This document shows positions 47,028-58,300 of a DNA stretch of 64,000 nucleotides, piece by piece. Position numbers and translations under genes: made by a program. Source of the stretch: an uncultured Myxococcales bacterium (GTDB lineage Bacteria; Myxococcota_A; UBA9042; DTJE01); NCBI GenBank assembly GCA_903857665.1, contig CAIOFV010000069.1, positions 10,381 through 74,380 on the forward strand, read 5' to 3'. Numbering within the stretch: position 1 is the first letter of the stretch; the number at the start of each line of letters is the position of its first letter. Below the pieces are notes generated by a model that saw only the letters and a list, made by a program, of their open reading frames with translations, made no database searches and was not told where the DNA came from.

Positions 47028-48604
47028 CGACGGGGGCGAAAGTCCTGGGCGCGGTGCTGGTGCTGGCGACGATGGCAGAGGCCCCGGCCCGGGCCGAGGG
47101 ATGGTCGGATCGCCTGTCCATCAGCGGGTCGATCCAGAGCGACATCCGATACGTGACCGACACCTTCCGCGGCGAGCGCCCGGGCCAGGGTCACGAATTC
47201 GAAATGAACCGCAACGACGTGAACCTGCGTTTGCGGGCCGACCCGTTCGACGGCGTGCAGGCGGTGATCGACACGCGGATGCGGTACTACGGCTTCAACA
47301 AGGCGGCGAGCCTGCCGGAGTTGATCGGCCGCAGCAAGATCGACCCGTTCGACCTGATGCTGAACGAGGCCTACCTGTCGGTCCGCGGCCTGCCGTGGTC
47401 CAAGATGGACATCAAGATCGGCCGCATGATCCAGACGTGGGGCACCGCCGACATGTTCAACCCCACGGACAACCTGAACTCCCGCGACTTTTCGGACCCG
47501 CTGGACTACACCGGCAAAGTCCCGAACCAGATGATCGAGCTGGACCTGTACCCGTCTGACTGGCTGACCCTGCAACTGGTCTGGGTGCCCGTCTTCAAGC
47601 CCGCGAACCTGCCCCCGTCCGCGGTCCAGGGCTTTGCCATGACCTACAACAGCCGCGGCGAGGTGACCGACTTCCCGGCGCCGCCGCTGAACGCGGACGG
47701 GCAGACGAAGCTGATGGGCCTGAAGGACAGGCTGGGCGGCGCGTCCGGCGGGTCCGACAACCCCCTGGCGGGCGTGCATTTCACGACCCCCGAGGTCCGA
47801 ACCATCAACCCCAAGGCCACGCTGGCGAATTCCCAGTTCGGGGCCCGGGCCAAGTTCAAGACCGGGCCGGTGGACTTCAGCCTGTCGTACTACTACGGAC
47901 GCTTCGGCTTCCCGGTGGCCTACACCGCGGTGGCCGACGTGCTCAGCCCCGGCAACGCGCCGGCCCCCTCGAAGTTCGTCACGGCCGTCAACGAACTGGA
48001 TAGCACGAAGTACAACGTCCGCTACATCGCCGAAATCATGTACCCGCGGATGCAGGTGATCGGCGCGGACTTCGCGTACGCGTCGGAAAACCAATGGGTG
48101 CCCGGCTTCAGCGCCGAGGCGGCGCTGATCCTGCCGGAGCGGGTCGATTTCGGCCTGGAGGCCTTCCTGGACGGGCAGAGCATCCTGCGCCAAACCAACC
48201 CGAACGTGCCGACCACGCCCTTCGTGAAGGCCACGGCGGGCCTGGACTGGTCGTACCACGACTGGTTCTACATCAACCTGATGTACGTCCGCGGGTTCTT
48301 CGACGAGTTCAACGACAAGTACGGCATCCACAACTATCTGGTCTTCGCCACCGAGTTCAAGTTCAAGCAGAACGAGGTCCAGATCCGGTTCGCTGGCGCG
48401 TTCGACGGCGACGACAAGTCGGCCGTGCTGTACCCGCAGCTGACGTGGATCGTGGCCCCGGCCGTGGAGCTGGTCGGCGGCTACATGCACTTCCTGGGCG
48501 AAACGCAGCCCAAGAACTCGCTGGACTATGCCGGCAAGTCGAAGTTCGGCATGAAGGCCAACGGGCGCGACGTCGCCTTCTTCCGCGGCAAGGTCACCTT
48601 CTAG
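47024..48604 (+). CDS. DUF1302-family outer-membrane beta-barrel protein
   Basis: ATGA overlap with the upstream gene. Signal peptide. 526 aa with alternating beta-strands. Confidence 0.6.
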   Translation: MTTGAKVLGAVLVLATMAEAPARAEGWSDRLSISGSIQSDIRYVTDTFRGERPGQGHEFEMNRNDVNLRLRADPFDGVQAVIDTRMRYYGFNKAASLPELIGRSKIDPFDLMLNEAYLSVRGLPWSKMDIKIGRMIQTWGTADMFNPTDNLNSRDFSDPLDYTGKVPNQMIELDLYPSDWLTLQLVWVPVFKPANLPPSAVQGFAMTYNSRGEVTDFPAPPLNADGQTKLMGLKDRLGGASGGSDNPLAGVHFTTPEVRTINPKATLANSQFGARAKFKTGPVDFSLSYYYGRFGFPVAYTAVADVLSPGNAPAPSKFVTAVNELDSTKYNVRYIAEIMYPRMQVIGADFAYASENQWVPGFSAEAALILPERVDFGLEAFLDGQSILRQTNPNVPTTPFVKATAGLDWSYHDWFYINLMYVRGFFDEFNDKYGIHNYLVFATEFKFKQNEVQIRFAGAFDGDDKSAVLYPQLTWIVAPAVELVGGYMHFLGETQPKNSLDYAGKSKFGMKANGRDVAFFRGKVTF

Positions 48605-48614
48605 GAGTCGGTCG

Positions 48615-49535
48615 ATGCGGACTCTATCGAACATCGTTGGGGCGGCCTTCGCGGCCACCCTGCTCCTGGGCCCGGCTGCGTGCGGCTGGAAGAGCGACGG
48701 CCAGGCGCGGCTGGACGGGCTGTACCACCCGGACAACGGACCGAAGGACGCGGTCGCGGACCTGGGGACGGACGTTGTCGTGCCGGATTCGCCGGACGGG
48801 TTCGCGGCCGACGTGGTCCCGGCCGACGAGGGCGGGTTCGACCTGTCCCCCGGCGACGTCCCGGCAACGGGGCTGGCCGGCCTGTGGGCCGTGCGCATCG
48901 TCCAACTGGGCGAAATATCCCCGATTTCGGACGCCTACCCGATCACGACCCCGGACTACTTCCTGGCGCGCGTGGAACCGGGTGCGGGCCAGATGTCGCT
49001 GACGTTCTGCGACGAGATCCCGGTCGTCGATACCGGCGATTCGGGGCTCGCGTTCGTCACCAGCACCACGCCGGCCCTGCGCGACGCGCTGGGGAAGGTC
49101 CCGGTCGTCGTGACGCTGGCCGACAGCGGCGCATCGCTGCCGGCCCAGAAGATCGTCTGGACCTGGGGACTGCAGAACCTCGCCGAGGCCGACCCGCTGC
49201 CGACCAGCGGAACCGACGCGAAGGTGTTCGACCAGGACCAGGACGGCAACCCCGGCGACACCGTGCTGGTCGAGGGACTGGCGTCCGGCAAGCGCTACAT
49301 GGTCAAGCGGGCGGTGTGGAACCTGGCCGCCGGAACCCTGTCGGGCGACGGGACGCGGCTGTCCGGGACCCTCACGTACACCCTCGACGAGGAACCCCTG
49401 GGCGCCGATCCGACGATGCTCGACCAGAAGACGCCCATCACGCCGAAGGACGGAAGCACGTACCTGCTGCGGCGCGTAGGCGACCTGAGCTGCGCGACGC
49501 TGCTGCAGCACGTGGACGAGGTCTTCGCGCCGTGA
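48615..49535 (+). CDS. Lipoprotein, function unknown
   Basis: Lipobox LLLGPAACG. AGGAG ribosome-binding site. Lies between the DUF1302 and MMPL genes. Confidence 0.55.
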   Translation: MRTLSNIVGAAFAATLLLGPAACGWKSDGQARLDGLYHPDNGPKDAVADLGTDVVVPDSPDGFAADVVPADEGGFDLSPGDVPATGLAGLWAVRIVQLGEISPISDAYPITTPDYFLARVEPGAGQMSLTFCDEIPVVDTGDSGLAFVTSTTPALRDALGKVPVVVTLADSGASLPAQKIVWTWGLQNLAEADPLPTSGTDAKVFDQDQDGNPGDTVLVEGLASGKRYMVKRAVWNLAAGTLSGDGTRLSGTLTYTLDEEPLGADPTMLDQKTPITPKDGSTYLLRRVGDLSCATLLQHVDEVFAP

Positions 49536-49601
49536 CGCCCGCGACGCGCTGCTCTTCCCGCGGGCTGCCGTCCCCCTTTTCCCGGACGCGATGAGGGCAC
49601 C

Positions 49602-52274
49602 ATGAACGACCGCACGTCCAGCCGCTGGGACCGCTTCGGGACCTACGTCGCCCGCCATCGCTGGGTGTTCCTCGGGCTGGCCCTCGGCGTGACGGGCCTG
49701 TGCGCCGGCTTCGCCCCCACCGTCACGATGTCCACCGATGCCACGGCCTACCTTCCCAACGATCGCCCCGAGGTGCCGTTCTGGCGGGACATGACCCGGC
49801 GCTTCGGGGGGTTCGAAACCCTGATGGTCGGCCTGGAAGAGCCGGAGAAGCCCCTGACATCCGACGGGTTGGCGCGGCTGGCACGGATCACCGACCTGCT
49901 GTCGGGGATGAAGGCGCAGGGCATCCTGAACGCCCGCAGCGTGACCAACCTGGAAACCCTGCGCGAGGACGAGGAAGGGACCGTCAACGCCGAGATGATG
50001 ATCCCGGCGATCCCGCGCTCCGCGGCGGACCTCGACGCGCTGGGACAGCGGATCCTGGGGGATACCCAGGTGCCCGGCGTGATGGTCAGCCGCGACCTGC
50101 GGGCGTACGTGATCATCCTGTCGATGGATTCGCGGCAGGACATGGGCACCACCGCGAACCGGATCATGGACGTGGTCGAGGCCGAACGGGGGCCGCTGAA
50201 GGCCTACTACTTCGGCGCATCGTTCGTGACCAACCAGATCGGCAAGCGCGTGTATGCCGCGCTGGCCTGGGTCGTGCCCATCTTCGCCGCGGGACTGCTG
50301 CTGCTGCTGTTCCTGTGGCTGCGGAAGCCTGTGGCGAGCCTGCTGGTGCTGGCCTGCGCCCTCCTGCCGCTGCTGTGGTGGCTGGGATTCCTGCGGCTGT
50401 TCGACCTCCCGGTGACCGTCGCGGTCCTCAACGGAGCGCTGCTCCTGCTGCCCATCGGCGCGGTGGCCTTCGGTCGCGCCGCGGAAGCGCGGCTGCGGGG
50501 ATGCGCGGCGCCGGTGTCCCGACGGACGGCCGAGCTGATGGCCGCCGCGGCCGCAGCCTATGGAGTCCTGGCGCTGCTGAACCGGACGACGCCCGACTCC
50601 CTGCCCTACCTGGCCCAGTTCGGCGAAGGCATGATGGTCGGCATGGTCGCCATGCTGGTGTTCGCGATCATCGGCGCCACGCCCCTGCTGTCGTTCCTGC
50701 CGATCGACCCGCGCCTGGCGCCTGCATCTCGGCCCCGTCGCGCCACGGCAGGTCGTCGCACGATCGGCATCGCCCTGGTGCTCATCCTGTCCAGTGTCTC
50801 GATCTTCGGGGCCTGGCGCATGCAGTTCGCCGTCACCTTGCGGGACCTGTTCTCGGCCGGGGAGGACACCGGCGCAGCGGTCGCCTTCTTCGATCGCCGG
50901 TTCGGGGGCGCCGACCTCATCCAGGTCAGCGTGAAAGGCGATTTCCGTGACCCGGGCGTCGTCCAGCGGGTGATGCGCCTGTCGGACCTGCTGGAGGGAA
51001 CGAAGGCCTTCCCGGACGTGCGGGCGATCCCCCAGGTCCTGGGCTTCATCGCGAAGGGCATGACCGGAACCTACTGGATCCCTCCCGAAAGGGACGCGCT
51101 GGGCACCCTGTGGACGTTCCTGGAGGGAAAACCGGACGTCCGGCCCCTGATCACCGACGCCCGCGACGAGGCCATGATCACCCTGCGCATCCCGGGCGGC
51201 GGGGGCGTGCCTGCGCCGGCCCTCACCGAAACCGTGCGACGGACCATCGAGGCGTCGGCTGCGACCGGAGTCCCGGCCGCGCGGATTCGCCTGGAGTCCC
51301 TGGCACGGGCGTATGACGTCCAGGTTCCCCCCGAGCGGACCCAGCGCCTCCTCGCCGCGGCCACCGGCGAGGAGGCGCCCGCCGACCGGGAGGCCCGACG
51401 GAGGCAGATCCTTGCAAGCCTCCAGGAATACATGGCTTCCAGCGCCTCGCCATTCACACCCACCGGCAGGGAATGGTCCGATCTGGCCGCGGTCCTGTCG
51501 GGCCCGCTGGCGGACATGGCCCAGCGCCTGGCCGCGACCCTCCCCGGGTTCCCGTCTTACAAGGCGGCGGGACTTTCCGACGACGTCGCAGGCCGGCTGG
51601 CCGACACCCTGGCCATGCAGGTGCGGGACCGCGAGGAGTCCCTCCTGTCGGAGTCCCTGGCGTCGAAATGGCTCGATGGCCTGGATCCGGCGAAGGTACG
51701 GGACAGCCTTCGCGCCCGGATCAAGGGCGTGTTCTCGACACTGATCGCGGGCGAGCCGAAGCCCGACCAGGAACCGGTCTTCACGATCAGCGGCTTCCCG
51801 GCCATGGGACCGGTGGTCGAGGCGCAGTTGATGAGCGGGCTGCAGCGGTCCGTGGCCGTGGTGCTGGGGGTCTTCCTGGTGCTGGCCATCCTGGCAGGCA
51901 TCACGCGACCGGGGCACCTGCGAGCCATCCCGGAGGCTGTCATCGCCACCCTCGTCACGTTCGCGCTGGGCACGGCCCTGGGCCTGAACGTGGATTCGAA
52001 CTCCGCGACGCTGTACCTGCTGCCGCCGACCATCACCTGGTTCCTTTCGCCGGGCCTCGCCGACCCGGAGGGCTACCACGGGCAGTTCCCGTGGGCCTTC
52101 GCCGTGGCCCTCGCCTTCGCGGCAACCAGCATCACCCTCCTGGGGGTCCTTCCGGTCGTGCGCCTGGGGGCCGTGATGGCCCTGGGCCTGCTGGCATCCG
52201 CAGGCAGCGCGGCCCTGGGGTCGTACCTCTGGGAGGGACCCGCCCAACCCGACGCGCCGCGAAAGACCCCATGA
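49602..52274 (+). CDS. MMPL / RND-superfamily exporter (HpnN-like, 12 transmembrane segments with two large periplasmic loops)
   Basis: Two 6-transmembrane bundles, each followed by a large periplasmic domain. 890 aa. GAGGG ribosome-binding site. Confidence 0.8.
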   Translation: MNDRTSSRWDRFGTYVARHRWVFLGLALGVTGLCAGFAPTVTMSTDATAYLPNDRPEVPFWRDMTRRFGGFETLMVGLEEPEKPLTSDGLARLARITDLLSGMKAQGILNARSVTNLETLREDEEGTVNAEMMIPAIPRSAADLDALGQRILGDTQVPGVMVSRDLRAYVIILSMDSRQDMGTTANRIMDVVEAERGPLKAYYFGASFVTNQIGKRVYAALAWVVPIFAAGLLLLLFLWLRKPVASLLVLACALLPLLWWLGFLRLFDLPVTVAVLNGALLLLPIGAVAFGRAAEARLRGCAAPVSRRTAELMAAAAAAYGVLALLNRTTPDSLPYLAQFGEGMMVGMVAMLVFAIIGATPLLSFLPIDPRLAPASRPRRATAGRRTIGIALVLILSSVSIFGAWRMQFAVTLRDLFSAGEDTGAAVAFFDRRFGGADLIQVSVKGDFRDPGVVQRVMRLSDLLEGTKAFPDVRAIPQVLGFIAKGMTGTYWIPPERDALGTLWTFLEGKPDVRPLITDARDEAMITLRIPGGGGVPAPALTETVRRTIEASAATGVPAARIRLESLARAYDVQVPPERTQRLLAAATGEEAPADREARRRQILASLQEYMASSASPFTPTGREWSDLAAVLSGPLADMAQRLAATLPGFPSYKAAGLSDDVAGRLADTLAMQVRDREESLLSESLASKWLDGLDPAKVRDSLRARIKGVFSTLIAGEPKPDQEPVFTISGFPAMGPVVEAQLMSGLQRSVAVVLGVFLVLAILAGITRPGHLRAIPEAVIATLVTFALGTALGLNVDSNSATLYLLPPTITWFLSPGLADPEGYHGQFPWAFAVALAFAATSITLLGVLPVVRLGAVMALGLLASAGSAALGSYLWEGPAQPDAPRKTP

Positions 52275-52370
52275 GGCCCTTGCTTCCCGCCGCCCTGCAC
52301 CGCAGCACCTTTTCGCCAGCCCCGTTTTCCGCTACGATTTCGTTACCATGACACATGGACTGAAGGATTC

Positions 52371-55300
52371 ATGGCCCTGGGAATCCCGGCTCGGCGCCGA
52401 CAGGGAAGCACGCCCTGGCACCTGCCCGTGGCGGCGGCCTCGCTGCTGCTGACGCTGGCCCTGCCGATCCCGGTTCGCGGGTCCGAGGATCCGTCCGCGA
52501 GCGCCTCCTCGGCGATCCGGGAACCCACCGAACCCGCCGCGCCATCAACCACCCGTCGCACGGTTCTGTATGGCGGCGATCGCGACTTCTATCCGTATGA
52601 ATGGCTGGACGAGGGCGGGACTCCCCACGGCTTCAACATCGACCTGGTGAACGCGCTGGCCGACGTCCTTGGGTTCGAACCGCGCTTCGAACTGGATCAG
52701 TGGGACCGGATCCGCAACGGGATCGAGGTCGAACGGCGCATCGACCTTTCGGACATGTACGCCTCCGAATCGCGGGCGCAGGTCGTGGACATCGCCGAAC
52801 CGGTCGCGGTCGTCTGGGAGCAGGCCTGGGTGCGGCGAGGCGGTCCCCGTATCAAGGGCCTGGAAGACCTGCGAGGGCTGCGCATCCTCGTTCATCGGGC
52901 CGGGTACATCGATCAGTTCCTGGGGAACTGGGACCCGACCCAGACACTGATCCCGGTGGACAGCGAGATGCTCGGACTGCGGGAACTGGCCCGCGGGCAC
53001 GGGGACTGCGCCCTGGCGACGCAGTGGGTCGGCCAGCAGTTGGTTTCCGGGCGCCCCGAGTTCATCGACCTGATGCCGGCCGGGCCGCCCATGCTGCCCC
53101 GCCCCTATGGCCTGGTGGTTCGCAAGGGTGACGAGGCCTTCCTGGCGGACATCAACCGGGGAATGGGGATCCTCAGGACCTCGGGGCGGCTGGCGGAACT
53201 GCGGGACCGGTGGCTGGAGCAGCCCGAACCTTCCGGCCCGGGCGTCCGGTTCATTTCGGAAAACCTTCGGGCGCTGCTGGCGGGGATTTCCCTGCTGCTG
53301 GCAATCGGCCTGGGGGTGACGCTCGCGCTGTCCCGCAAGGTCCGCCGGCAGGCCCGGCGGCTGCGGGCCGAACTGGACGAGCGACGCCAGGCGGAGGTGG
53401 CCCTGGAGCAGTCCCGGGAGCAGTTTCGCCTGGCGTTCCAGAACAGCCCGGCGGTGATGGGAATCAGCGACCTGGAAACCGGCAAGTACCTGGACGTGAA
53501 CCTGGCGTTCCAGTCCGTGCTGGGATTCAGCCGGGACGAAGTCATCGGCCGGACGTCCCTCGACCTGAACCTGTGGTTCGATCCCGGCGATCGCGAAAGC
53601 ATGCGCCAGGTCGTGGAGCGGGACGGCACCGTCCGCAACCTCCAGATCGTCCTCAGAACGCGGGCCGGTGACCTGCGCAGTTTCCTGTTCATCGCGGACC
53701 TGATCACGCTCAACGGCCGCACGTGCCTCGTCACCAACGCCCTGGACATTTCGGAACGGGCACAGATGGAAAAGGCGCTGCGGGACAGCGAAGAACGCTG
53801 GAAGTTCGCGCTGGAGGGAGCCGGCGAGGGCGTGTGGGACTGGGACGTCCCGTCGAATCGCATCTTCGCGTCGCGGCGCTACAAGGAAATCCTGGGATAC
53901 CCTGACGAGGCCTTCGACCTGGACCCGGTGCCCTGGCGGGCCCGCATCCACCCCGACGACGTGGATCGGATGGAACAGGATTTCACCGCCTACTCGAAAG
54001 GCCGGACTCCCCTGTTCCAGACCGAGGTCCGGATGATCTGCCGGGACGGCACGTTCCGCCGGGTCAGCGTCCGGGGACGAACCGTGGCGCGGGACGCGCA
54101 GAACCATCCGAAGCGGGTGATCGGCACCATCCTGGACGTCACCGATCAGCATCGTGCGGAGGAGGAGCGCGCATCCCTCGAGGACCAGTTGCGCCAATCC
54201 CAGAAGATGGAGGTGGTGGGCCAGTTGGCCGGCGGGATCGCACACGATTTCAACAACCAGTTGATGGTGATCCGCGGCTACTCCGACCTGCTCCAGAACC
54301 AGGGCCTGGATGCGCGATCGCAGGCTCTCCTGAACGAGGTCGTCCTGGCCTCGGACCGCGCGGCAGCGCTGACGGGCCGGCTGCTGGCCTTCAGCCGCAA
54401 GCAGGTGCGACGCCTGTCCGTCTTCAACCTGAACAACGTCCTGACCGAGATGTCGGGCGCCCTGGGCATGATGCTCGGGGAGAGTGTCGCCATCTCGGTC
54501 GAGGCGGCGGCGAACCTGGGATTCGTGCGCGCGGACCGGGACCAGCTGGAGCAGGTCATCGCGAACATCGCGGTCAACGCCCGCGACGCGATGCCCGGCG
54601 GCGGCCGCCTGACGATCCGCACCCGCAACATCGTGCTGGACCAGGAATATGTCAGGCATCACGTCGGTGTGAAGACCGGTCCCCACGTGCTGCTGTCGTT
54701 CCAGGACTCGGGCGTCGGCATGGGCGAGGATGTCGCCGCCCGGATCTTCGAGCCGTTCTTCACGACCAAGCAGGAGGGCCTGGGGTCGGGCCTGGGACTG
54801 GCCATCGTCTACGGGATCGTGAAGCAGAGCAACGGACACGTCACCGTCGATAGCGAACCCGGCCGGGGATCCACGTTCAAGGTGTTCCTGCCGCGCGTGG
54901 AGGATGTGCCCACCGAGTCGCGGGCGCCATCGCGAATCGCGGTCGATCGCGCGAAGCCCGCGACGCTGCTGTTCGTCGAGGACGACACGAACCTGTTCTC
55001 GCTGTTGCGGGGGATCCTGGAAAGCGCGGGCTACGAGGTGCTGGCGTCGCCGATGCCGGACCAGGCCCTCGCGCTGGCCGCCCGTCACGCGGGCCCGATC
55101 GACCTCCTGATTTCCGACGTGGTGATGCCGGGGATGAGCGGGCCGGTGCTGGCCGAACACCTGCGGAAAACGCGGCCGGGGATCCGGCTGCTGTTCATTT
55201 CGGGCTATCCGAAGGACGTCCTGGAGCGACAGACCGTGCTGCCGGCGGACATCCAACTGCTGGGCAAGCCGTTTTCGCCGCGGGAACTGATCGCGACGAT

Positions 55301-55397
55301 CCGGAAGATGCTGGAGTCGCCAGAGGCGGGCAAGGCAGCGGGCCCGTCCCCGCCCGAAGGGTCCGACCCGGCGGGGATCACTGCGCGCAGGGAATGA
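52371..55397 (+). CDS. Hybrid sensor histidine kinase / response regulator with a periplasmic solute-binding (SBP_bac_3-like) sensor domain and two PAS domains
   Basis: Signal peptide, periplasmic domain of about 250 aa, transmembrane segment, PAS x2, HisKA (GGIAHDFNNQL), HATPase (GLGLAIVYGIV) and a C-terminal receiver domain (LLFVEDD...ISGY). Confidence 0.85.
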   Translation: MALGIPARRRQGSTPWHLPVAAASLLLTLALPIPVRGSEDPSASASSAIREPTEPAAPSTTRRTVLYGGDRDFYPYEWLDEGGTPHGFNIDLVNALADVLGFEPRFELDQWDRIRNGIEVERRIDLSDMYASESRAQVVDIAEPVAVVWEQAWVRRGGPRIKGLEDLRGLRILVHRAGYIDQFLGNWDPTQTLIPVDSEMLGLRELARGHGDCALATQWVGQQLVSGRPEFIDLMPAGPPMLPRPYGLVVRKGDEAFLADINRGMGILRTSGRLAELRDRWLEQPEPSGPGVRFISENLRALLAGISLLLAIGLGVTLALSRKVRRQARRLRAELDERRQAEVALEQSREQFRLAFQNSPAVMGISDLETGKYLDVNLAFQSVLGFSRDEVIGRTSLDLNLWFDPGDRESMRQVVERDGTVRNLQIVLRTRAGDLRSFLFIADLITLNGRTCLVTNALDISERAQMEKALRDSEERWKFALEGAGEGVWDWDVPSNRIFASRRYKEILGYPDEAFDLDPVPWRARIHPDDVDRMEQDFTAYSKGRTPLFQTEVRMICRDGTFRRVSVRGRTVARDAQNHPKRVIGTILDVTDQHRAEEERASLEDQLRQSQKMEVVGQLAGGIAHDFNNQLMVIRGYSDLLQNQGLDARSQALLNEVVLASDRAAALTGRLLAFSRKQVRRLSVFNLNNVLTEMSGALGMMLGESVAISVEAAANLGFVRADRDQLEQVIANIAVNARDAMPGGGRLTIRTRNIVLDQEYVRHHVGVKTGPHVLLSFQDSGVGMGEDVAARIFEPFFTTKQEGLGSGLGLAIVYGIVKQSNGHVTVDSEPGRGSTFKVFLPRVEDVPTESRAPSRIAVDRAKPATLLFVEDDTNLFSLLRGILESAGYEVLASPMPDQALALAARHAGPIDLLISDVVMPGMSGPVLAEHLRKTRPGIRLLFISGYPKDVLERQTVLPADIQLLGKPFSPRELIATIRKMLESPEAGKAAGPSPPEGSDPAGITARRE

Positions 55398-58300
55398 TGT
55401 TCTTCAAGTAGGTCAACGTCTTGCCGGTCGCATCCACCGTCACGATGTCCGGGCATCCATTCCCGTCCAGGTCCGCGACGATCATCTGCTGGGGATTCAC
55501 CCCGGTGGCGAAGTCGTAGGGCGTGCTGAAGTTCCTGGAACCCAGGTTCAGGTAGATCGAAACCGTGGAATCCTGCGAGTTCAATACCAAGATATCGATG
55601 TTCCCATCGTGGTTCATGTCCGCCAGGGCGAGGTCCACCGGCCCGTGGCCCTTGTGCCCCAGCGAGACAGGCGGCTCGAAGGACAGGAGGTCCGGATTGG
55701 ACGGGACCAGCGCGGCGTCGCTGCTGTTGTAGGAAATGACGACGTCCTGGTCCAGCAGCGTCGCGACGTCGGGCAGCGCCTTGGCCGCCTGATCGGGCGG
55801 CAGGCTGCCGTCCACCGGCACCGCCAGGAAGGCCACGGCGAGCAACTTCGGGTTCGCGCCCACGGCGAAATGCTTGAAGGTGTTGGCCAGGTAGCCCGGG
55901 ACCGCGGAACTCGCGTAGACGGTAAAGTCCCCGGTCGATGCGTCCGGGGACAGAACGTCGTACGGAGTTCGCTGGCCGACGTTCTTGATGATCCACTTGT
56001 AGAGTGAAAGACGCAGGGGAGCCGCGACCAGCTCACGCTGGGAACGTGTCGAGTCCACGGTTTCCCCCTTCGTCGTGGCTTGCGCGCTGATCTTCGTCGT
56101 GAACGAGCCATCGTTCTGGTTGATGAACGGCTTGATCTGGACGAACCTTCCCGGATTTGATCCCGTCACGTTGAACGTCGCGATCGTCACCAGGTCCGGC
56201 CGCCAGGGATCCGAGGCGGAACGGGAGGAGAAGTCCCCCAGCGCCACCAGGTTCGGGGAATCCCCCCAGTCATTCGCGATCGGCGTAGCCGCGATCTTCG
56301 TGTGACTGACCCCGTCCTCCTTCAGCAGGAAGACCTGGCCCGTGATCCGGGTGCCCGTCGTCGGTCCCGTGGCCGCCGCGGCAACCACCAGATCGTCCAG
56401 GCCGGTGTTGGTGCCGGAACCCGGGTCCAGGTTCGCGGCCAGCAACTTGCGAGGGGAGGCGACATCGACATTGAGGGTGGGGTTCGCCAGGGTCAGCGCC
56501 ATTCCGGTCGTGATTTCCGCCGTGAACACGGAAATGACGTTCTTGTTGCTCTGGGTGCCCAGGACGGCCAGGTCCAGGAGCCGGGTCTTTTCGGCCGTGA
56601 GCGGCCGCGAGAAGCGGCCGGCCGCGATCGAGATCGGGGCCAGGTTGAGGCCGACCATCGGGGCGCCGGAAAACGCGAGCTTCCCGCTGTTCTTCAGCCA
56701 TGTCAAAGACTTGCCATCAGAAGACAGCGTGACGACGTCCAGCACCCCGTCGTCGTCCACGTCCGCGAGGGTCATGTCCAGGGCGGACCCGACGAGAAAG
56801 GACGGGCCCGACACGAGGAACGTGGTGCCGCTGGTTGGAATGCTGCCGGAAAAGACGTGGACCAGGTTTCCGCCCTTGCACAACACCGCGATATCGGTGA
56901 CACCGTCGCCGTCCAGGTCGCCGGCCACGATCCGTGCCGGCTGGACGCCCGCGGGCAGGGTGAGGAAGCCGTTGAGAGCCGTCGATGACCCCGAGCTTTC
57001 GGCCCGGAACAGCGAGATCCGGTCCCGCTCGCCATCGCCGAACGCGAGCAGGGTCTGAGGACGCGTGGAACCCAACGTGAACGTGGTGGCAGTGAGGATC
57101 CTCGACAGCGCCGCGCCGTCCAGGATGGTCGTGAGCGAACTGTTGAGGCCCGCCGACAACAGGCCCTTGGAGTCCGCGACGAAGCGCGTCACGGTGGACG
57201 ATCCGCTCGGTGCAACAACGACGGCGCTTTCGCGAGCGTCGCCCACGCCGGTCAGGTCGCCGAACTGGCCGATCGCGATGAACCGGGGGTCCTGGGCGCC
57301 GCCGTACTGCTTCAGCGGCCCCCACGTGAACGTGTTGGTTGCAGTGATGAAGCTGGACAAGACCACACCGACGGTCTGGGACGTTTCGGCCAGCGCCAGG
57401 GCCATGTCCAGCCTTCCGTCGCCGTTCAGATCGCCCAGCGCCAGCGCCGTCACGCTGGTCGGCACCGTCACGACGACCGGCTTGGCGAAGGTCGAGCCGG
57501 CGGTCTGAAGGAACAGGTTCAGGTTGTGCCCGGTACCGGTCGCGGGATTGCAGACCGCCACCACGTCGTCGAGGCCGTCCCCGTCCAGGTCCTGGACCAC
57601 CAGGTTCCCGCAGGCGGTCTTCAGCAGGTCCTGCTTCTTGACCAGCTTCTCGGTGGCGGCATCCCGGGTGAAGATCGACAGTCCCGACGCGGCGGAAACC
57701 ACCACTGCGCCGGTATTGTCCGACGCCAGCCCCAGGTGGATGCCCGCAATGGCCGAGCCGACGACGTCGGTCGGAAGCGCGTACACCGTGCCGCCCTGGA
57801 AGCGCGGGACCTGGGAATACGAGAAGTTCAACACGAACGAACCGTTGTGGTCCGGGATGCCGTCGGTGGAGGTGACGGTCAGAACCTTGTCGCCGGCCGT
57901 CCACGAACCGCTCGGGATCACGATCTCCCCTGTATCCACCTTCACTGCCCCGGCCTTGGTGCTGCCGGTCGGCCAGTCCCAGACGAATCCCAGGTCCTGC
58001 TGGGTGGTTGCATCACTGACGCGGATGTGGATTTCCGAAACACCGGCACCCGCGTCCTTGACCACGAACTGCACCTTGAGGTCCCCCAGGATGCTGCCGA
58101 GCTCGACGGGGGTCGAGCCGGCGGGAGTGATGATGGGACCGCTGTTGTCCACGGTGATCAGGACCTGGTCCGTGGCTTCGGTCGCGTCGGAATCCCGGGT
58201 CGCCGTCACCTTCACGGTCCACTTGCGGCCGTCCGGGATCAGGCTCGTGTCCACTTCGATGTTCGTCGCCTGGGCAAAGGGCAGTTTCAGTTCGACCGGC

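Noticed and set aside
48624-52247. 1207-aa minus ORF
   Set aside because: Antisense to the lipoprotein and MMPL genes. Arg/Gly-rich junk.
52545-55256. 903-aa minus ORF
   Set aside because: Antisense to the hybrid histidine kinase, whose frame shows HisKA/HATPase/REC motifs.
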